Part shown: positions 55,001 to 61,000 of the stretch, one piece after another
How positions within the stretch are numbered: position 1 is the first letter of the stretch
Layout: each line of letters starts with the position of its first letter
Origin: an uncultured Planctomycetia bacterium
GTDB lineage: Bacteria; Omnitrophota; Gorgyraeia; Tantalellales; Tantalellaceae
Direction: 5' to 3'
Length of the DNA stretch: 64,000 nucleotides
Assembly: GCA_964527765.1 (NCBI GenBank)
Contig: CAZGQR010000009.1
Span: forward strand, 4,579-68,578
Notes under the pieces: generated by a model
What the model saw: the letters and a program-made list of their open reading frames with translations, nothing else
Told to the model about the DNA's origin: nothing
Databases searched by the model: none
Made by a program: the position numbers and the translations under genes

Positions 55001-58000
55001 GAAGGATGGGCCGCGGCTGGGGTTCCGGCAGCGGGAATAATGTCAGCTGTTCATAGGCGGGCGCCTTCTTCTCGACCGACATCCTTACCTTATCGAGCAG
55101 ATCCTTCGCCATATATTCAGATATTGCAACGAAACGGCACTTTTGCCGTTCGTCTTCGGGCAGATCCTCCGTTGAAGGATAATAGATCTCCCGGAATCCG
55201 AGTTTTTCAAAGAAATCCTTCGCCTGTTTTCCCTCTTCGGCATATTCGCTGTCCTCTGCCGGGTGCCCCGCGAATATTCCTTCCGCGCTGCCCTTGGTAT
55301 CAGGATCGTTCAGACCCCTTTCAACGGCCTTCGCGATAAGGACCTTGCCCAGGCCTCTCTCTCTATATTCTTCCGAGATCTCCATGTACTCGCCGATATA
55401 AACATCCCGCGCATAAAGTTCCTGCGCCCCTTCTTCAGGGAACATGAACGGGCCCTTGTAATAATACGCCATGCCCAGGAGTTCGCCTTTCTCCGACTGC
55501 AGCTTTGCCAGGAATCCGGGGGAATGCATCTTCCCGTCCATGGCGCCTTCCCAATTACGTCTTTCAAAATAACGTTCCTTCCCCGGGGCGAACCATGCAT
55601 CCAGGGTCTCTTTTATTTTGACCGGATCGGATACCTCCTCCACGTAATACCTGGTATCACCGGTCCGGAAAGGCCCTCCTATAAGTTCTTTCCGTTCTGC
55701 GGCGGGGTGCCGCGTCAGCCCTCCGACATCCTGCCGCGCAAGCAGTTCCTCGAACTCCGCCAGTTTTTGCGGACGCCTCTTTAATGCTTCCCTGATTATA
55801 TCCACCTGATAAAAAAGACCCGTACTCGTAAGATATTTGATCAAGCCTTCCGGCGTCGCTATCCCGGCGAATTCTCCCAACTGTTTAGCATCCAGCCCCC
55901 CGCCGATAGGCGCTGCGGCCTTTGGCTCTTTTGTTTTATCTGTTCCCGGATGTCCGGCAGGATCATGCCCGGCCCATTCCAGTTCCCAAAGCTCTGCCTG
56001 CTTTTCATCCGCTAAATCGATGCTGACGGGTTTCCATCCTTTGCCCTTGAACGGGAATTCGTAATTTTCCCACAGATTTACTTCCGGTATCGTGATCTTT
56101 TGCCTTTTATACCGCCGTCTTATCCTTTCCTTTCCGGAAGCGTAGAACGATCCGATCCCTGCCTTTTTTGCGGCACTGATTATTTCTTTTATGGCATTTT
56201 CCGCCCATGCCCTGTATACATCCCTTACATGGCTCGGCTTTAGTTTCCTATATCCCCTTGAGGGGTGCACTTCATTAAATAAAATCGCCGGCTTTCCGCC
56301 TATGAGCTTAACTTCAGCTTCTATCTGGCCGAATGAACCCTCCGGGCCTATGAACGCCTGCGCGACCGGCATATCCAACACATCCAGTTCAGGATGGCTA
56401 TCCCTATAAGAGACCTCCGGCTCAACGACAAAAACCTTAAATATATCATCATACTCGACCGTTGCCGTCACCCGGTGCCCTTTATGATCCCAGGTGATTT
56501 CCTTCTTACCGGCAAAAGACCCTATAAATTCTTTTTTCAGTTTTTCCATGCCGGCCCGGGGGAGTTCCCGGGGCTTTTCCGCGGGCTGTTCTCCGGACGG
56601 AGTTTTCAAAAAGTGACTGATAAGAAGGCTGCCTATCACAATACCCGCCAGCCCCAGAATACCCCAGATACTTAACGCGCCGATGCCCGCAAGAGCGAAT
56701 GCGGGCAGCATCCGGGTTTGATCCTCCGCGGCGCGGACCGTGAAAACGATATCGCCGAAAGGATTATCTCCCGACCGGTTGGAGTTGATAGACGGCCGCC
56801 ACAGCGATTCTTCATCGGAAAACTTCCCGTAACGGAGGCGCCCTTTAGCGTCCTTGTACCTGTAGCCCGTGACGCGGGCTTCAGCCGTAACCAGATACCT
56901 GCCGGGCCTCTTCGGCTCAAATACGCCCCCGAAAACATAATCGTGATGATGAAGACCCCCCACCGCCTTGTAATCCATGGGTATATACTCGGTCCCGACA
57001 AATTTTCCGTTTTCATCGAACGTGTTGATCTTCAGGCGGGCTTCCAGGCATTTTTCCGCGAAATTGCGATTTTTCTCAAAATCATCCCGGGTTTTTTCCG
57101 GAACGGGATAGAACTCCTCGACCTCGCCAAGGTATACCCTCAAAGTGATCTCGCTGCGCGAATTTGTTTCGCAGTCTATCCTGGCGCCGGAGACGGGGTC
57201 AAGCCCTCCCAGCCATGAAATGCGCGGATAAACGAACGCCTTGTCGAGCCTCTGCGATACGACCAGCTGCCGCAGGATCCCGGATACGTGTTCCAGCGTG
57301 ACGGTGTCCCCCTCAAAATCCATTTCCTCCCTGAGGATGGTCATTATCGTCTCAAGCGAATGAAGATCGTCCTTGGCCCTTTTATTGGCCTCGTAATAAG
57401 GCTCTTTTTGGTCCTCCGGCACATTAAGCTCACTGATCATGCCGTCAAGCACTTCTATATCTTTTGCCAGAGCATTTTTTATGCCGTTCATCTCTTTTAA
57501 AAAGCTGCGGACGTCTTCCACGGTCAGTCGCGCCATATTGCCTTCCATCTTGGAAATGCTGTATCTCGCCTCGGCAATATGACCCGCGGAGTTCTGTCCG
57601 AATTCAGTGTGGGATTCCCGGGATATGTCATCCTTGTGTTGCCTGACCAGGTGCTTTATATTGGACCGTATCAACCCTTCCACCGAAACCACGCTGTTGC
57701 GGAAAAGATGGCTTGTATCGGAAATGATCTGTTCCGGCACTGTCCTTTTGTGCGCTTCCATAAAGAGCATGACCTGTTCCGGATATGTTTTACCGTCTTT
57801 CTCGTCCACGCTTCTCGTATGCGCGTATTTTATGAAATGTTTATACTCCGAGGGATATGCCCTTTCAAGATAATTGACCGCGTCCCTGAACGGAAACTGC
57901 AGCGTGAGCATAAAAAGGAACAGGAAATCTTTTTCCTTCTTCTGATCGGCGGCCAGTATCCCGCCGATGGTCCTGCGGAAGATATGATCGAACCTGGCGG

Positions 58001-61000
58001 GGGTGAACGGGACCATGTCGTATTTCTCCTTGTTGACCGACAAAAGCTTCATGAGATGTTCCCTTACCAGTCTCATGCTCCGGGTCTCGTCCGGTACGGT
58101 TTTCGCCCACTCATTGAACTCATAAATAACAAGATTATCGCGGCACTGGGCCCACTGTTTTCCTATTTCACCGGCGATATCCTCCAGGGCCTCTTCTATG
58201 TCCGCGTAAACCTTCCTGTCGAACCTGTTCAGGCTTACCCGTTCTTTGTTCCCGCTGTCGTACAGCCTGACGGGATTGCCGATGACCTTTTCGCTGTAAT
58301 AATCCGCGGCAAGCTCTTCGACGAACTCCTCTTCCGTTCCATATCCGCCGTGCTGGTCCTGGTAGAGCCTCATAAAACGCGCGAATTTCTCCTGGCCCAG
58401 CCTGCCCCTGAGCCGCCCCAGGAGGGCTTTTACATGATCGTCCGTTATGAGCTCGTGCACTTTTTCGTGAAAATACCCGTAAGTCTGTATTTCGGACCGG
58501 GAGATATTTCTGCCCAGCGTCTCGGAAAGCGATTGCCTGTAGATCTCCATGACCTGTCTCGGCTGCTCCAGGACCCGGGGCGTTTCGCCCTTGATGATGC
58601 GGAAGATACCGAAACGGATGATCTCCCGGGCCTCTTCTTCCCTGCATAACCCCGCATCGACAAGCTTTTTCGTAAAAACCCCCCACAGGTTTCCTTTGCC
58701 TTTTTTGACCATGCGGGGAGGCCGCGAGGAACGTTCTTCGCCCTTGTCTTTCTTTCCGGAGCGCGTCATTACGTCGCATGACATTTCCTTCGGCGTATCA
58801 TCCCAGTGCCTGTAGATCCACTCGCGCAGGATCCAGATCGCTTCTTTGGCCTCTCTGACGGCTTCGGCGTTAACCCCGATCTTTAGCGGGCCCAGCAGAT
58901 TTCCGTATATATCGCTGAGGTCGGCTTCTCCGGAGCTGAACGATTTCATGTTCCTCAGATCCTTGTAACGCCGGCTGCCTTCCTGAAAATATTTCAGGAA
59001 TCTTTCCGCGAGCTCAGCCGCCGAAAGCGAGGAAATTTCTCTCACGAACGGCTCTTCCCAGCGTTCCTTGAATTCTCCCGGCCATTTGCGCGGGTAATAC
59101 GCGAGCTTGACCAGGTCCACAAAGCTTTCAAGGTCAAAGCGGCTTATCCTGTTCCGACGGACGTTCTCTGTATAGTTTTTCCACATCTGGTGCCAGTAAA
59201 TCTCAAGCCGCGATATATCAGTAAGGTTCTCTGTTTCGGATGGAATAGCCGCAGCCTTCAGAAGCTCGCGTTCCTGTTCTTCGTTCAGGCCGAAATCGAG
59301 GGAGAGGGCCCTTAAAAGCTCCGCATATTCCCATTTGTTCAGGGACTCCAGGCTCTCCGATCCCGAATCGCCGAGAGATCGCAGCGTCTTATAAAGATTC
59401 CCGTATTTGACGCTCATTTTTTCAAAGGAACCCGCCAGGGACGGTATCGAATCCACCTCGAGGGCGCGGATAAGGACCTGAAAGGCTTCGAACAGGGGAT
59501 TGGGTATCTTCCTGGAACGTTTCCGGGGGTCGGGCATTTGCATGCTCACGAAAGCGGCGTGGTAGAAAAGCGTCCACAAAAGACGCGGGGAACCCCTTCC
59601 GATATTGTTTTTGCGCGCGAACTGCAGGTACAGGTTGAAATTTTCCACGAAAAGCCGGTCCATGCATTCCGCCGGTTCCCCTTTCAGGCGGGCATCTATA
59701 TACTGGTCCCTCAGGATCTCCATGAACGAATTCAAGAGTTCCGTGAGCCTGAGGCGTTCTCTTGCCGCCTTGATATATTTTCTCGGAAGATTTTTATCCC
59801 ATTCTCCGCCTTTCTGCCATTTCTCGAGTTCTTGCCGTGCTCCCTGCAAAAGGTTGTTCATGCGGTAAAATTCCGGCTCTTTGAGGCTCCTGTCCCGGGT
59901 CATGCCCTGTATCCATCCCAGGGCGGTATCGTTCTTGCCCCTCTCGAGAAACTCCAGTATCCTGTCCGCTTTCCATATGTTAAAACTGTTGCGGTGATGT
60001 ATCCTGTATCTGAGCTCGCTTAATCTCCCGGTCAGTATACGGTCGATCTGGCTCTCAAGCGCTTCCTGCCTGACTTCCAGGAGACTGGCTATGACGCGCA
60101 ATATCTCCAGCGCGCTTCCGTACTCCTCGATCTCCAGAAGCTCCCTGACAAACCCCGACGCCTTGAAAGCGATCGCCTTTTCCCTGACCTTGGCCCTTTT
60201 GAGCGAACTCTCAAGGCCGCCTAAAAGTTCCACGATCTGTTCTTTTCTCTCGATCTCTTCGGCACCGGCGGCACGTTTCCAGCCTTTCCGGCGGCCGACC
60301 GCCTCTTTTGTCTCCTCCAGGGCCTTGATGGATCCCCTGGCCGCGGAGACCGTCCTGCGCACCCAGTCCATCTCCTCGAGGATACTGTCGGTCTCCCTGT
60401 CGCACGTGCGTATCGCCTGCCATGTCAGCTTAGAGGCGTGCTCCGTAACTTCCCTTACATAAGCCTCCCTTTCGCCGGATATCGCATGTTTCGCGTATTT
60501 GCCTTTAAGCACCTTGTACATCCCCGCGCTGGCGTCAAACCACGTTCTCGGCCGCATCCTTCTTTTTCTGGCGCGTGATGCCAGGGCAAGCTCCTCGGCA
60601 AGAAGGCGCGAAGCGGCGCAAAGCGAAGCGCACGCGGCGGACTCATTTTTAATATCTACAAGTTCAATGGCGCGCCCGATCTTTTCCCTGATCTCTTCGC
60701 GGTAATTACGCCCGCCCGTGATAGATAACGGATATGAAGGATCTTCAAGTCGGAACAATTCGCCGTGCATCTCTTCTCTCAGCTTTTCCAGGCGCCCCAG
60801 GCAAACTCGAAGTTTTTCTTCCCTTTCTTCTTCCGGGGCCCCGAAGATCCACCTTATGGACAGCCCGGCGCGCTCGGACGAAAGACGGATAAGTTCAAGG
60901 TTTATCTCGGGGATCCGGCGCAGGTAATAGAACAGGACATCTTTCTCCGCTTCTATATCCAGCAGTATCCTGGCGCGTTCCAGCTGGTCATAATCCGGAC

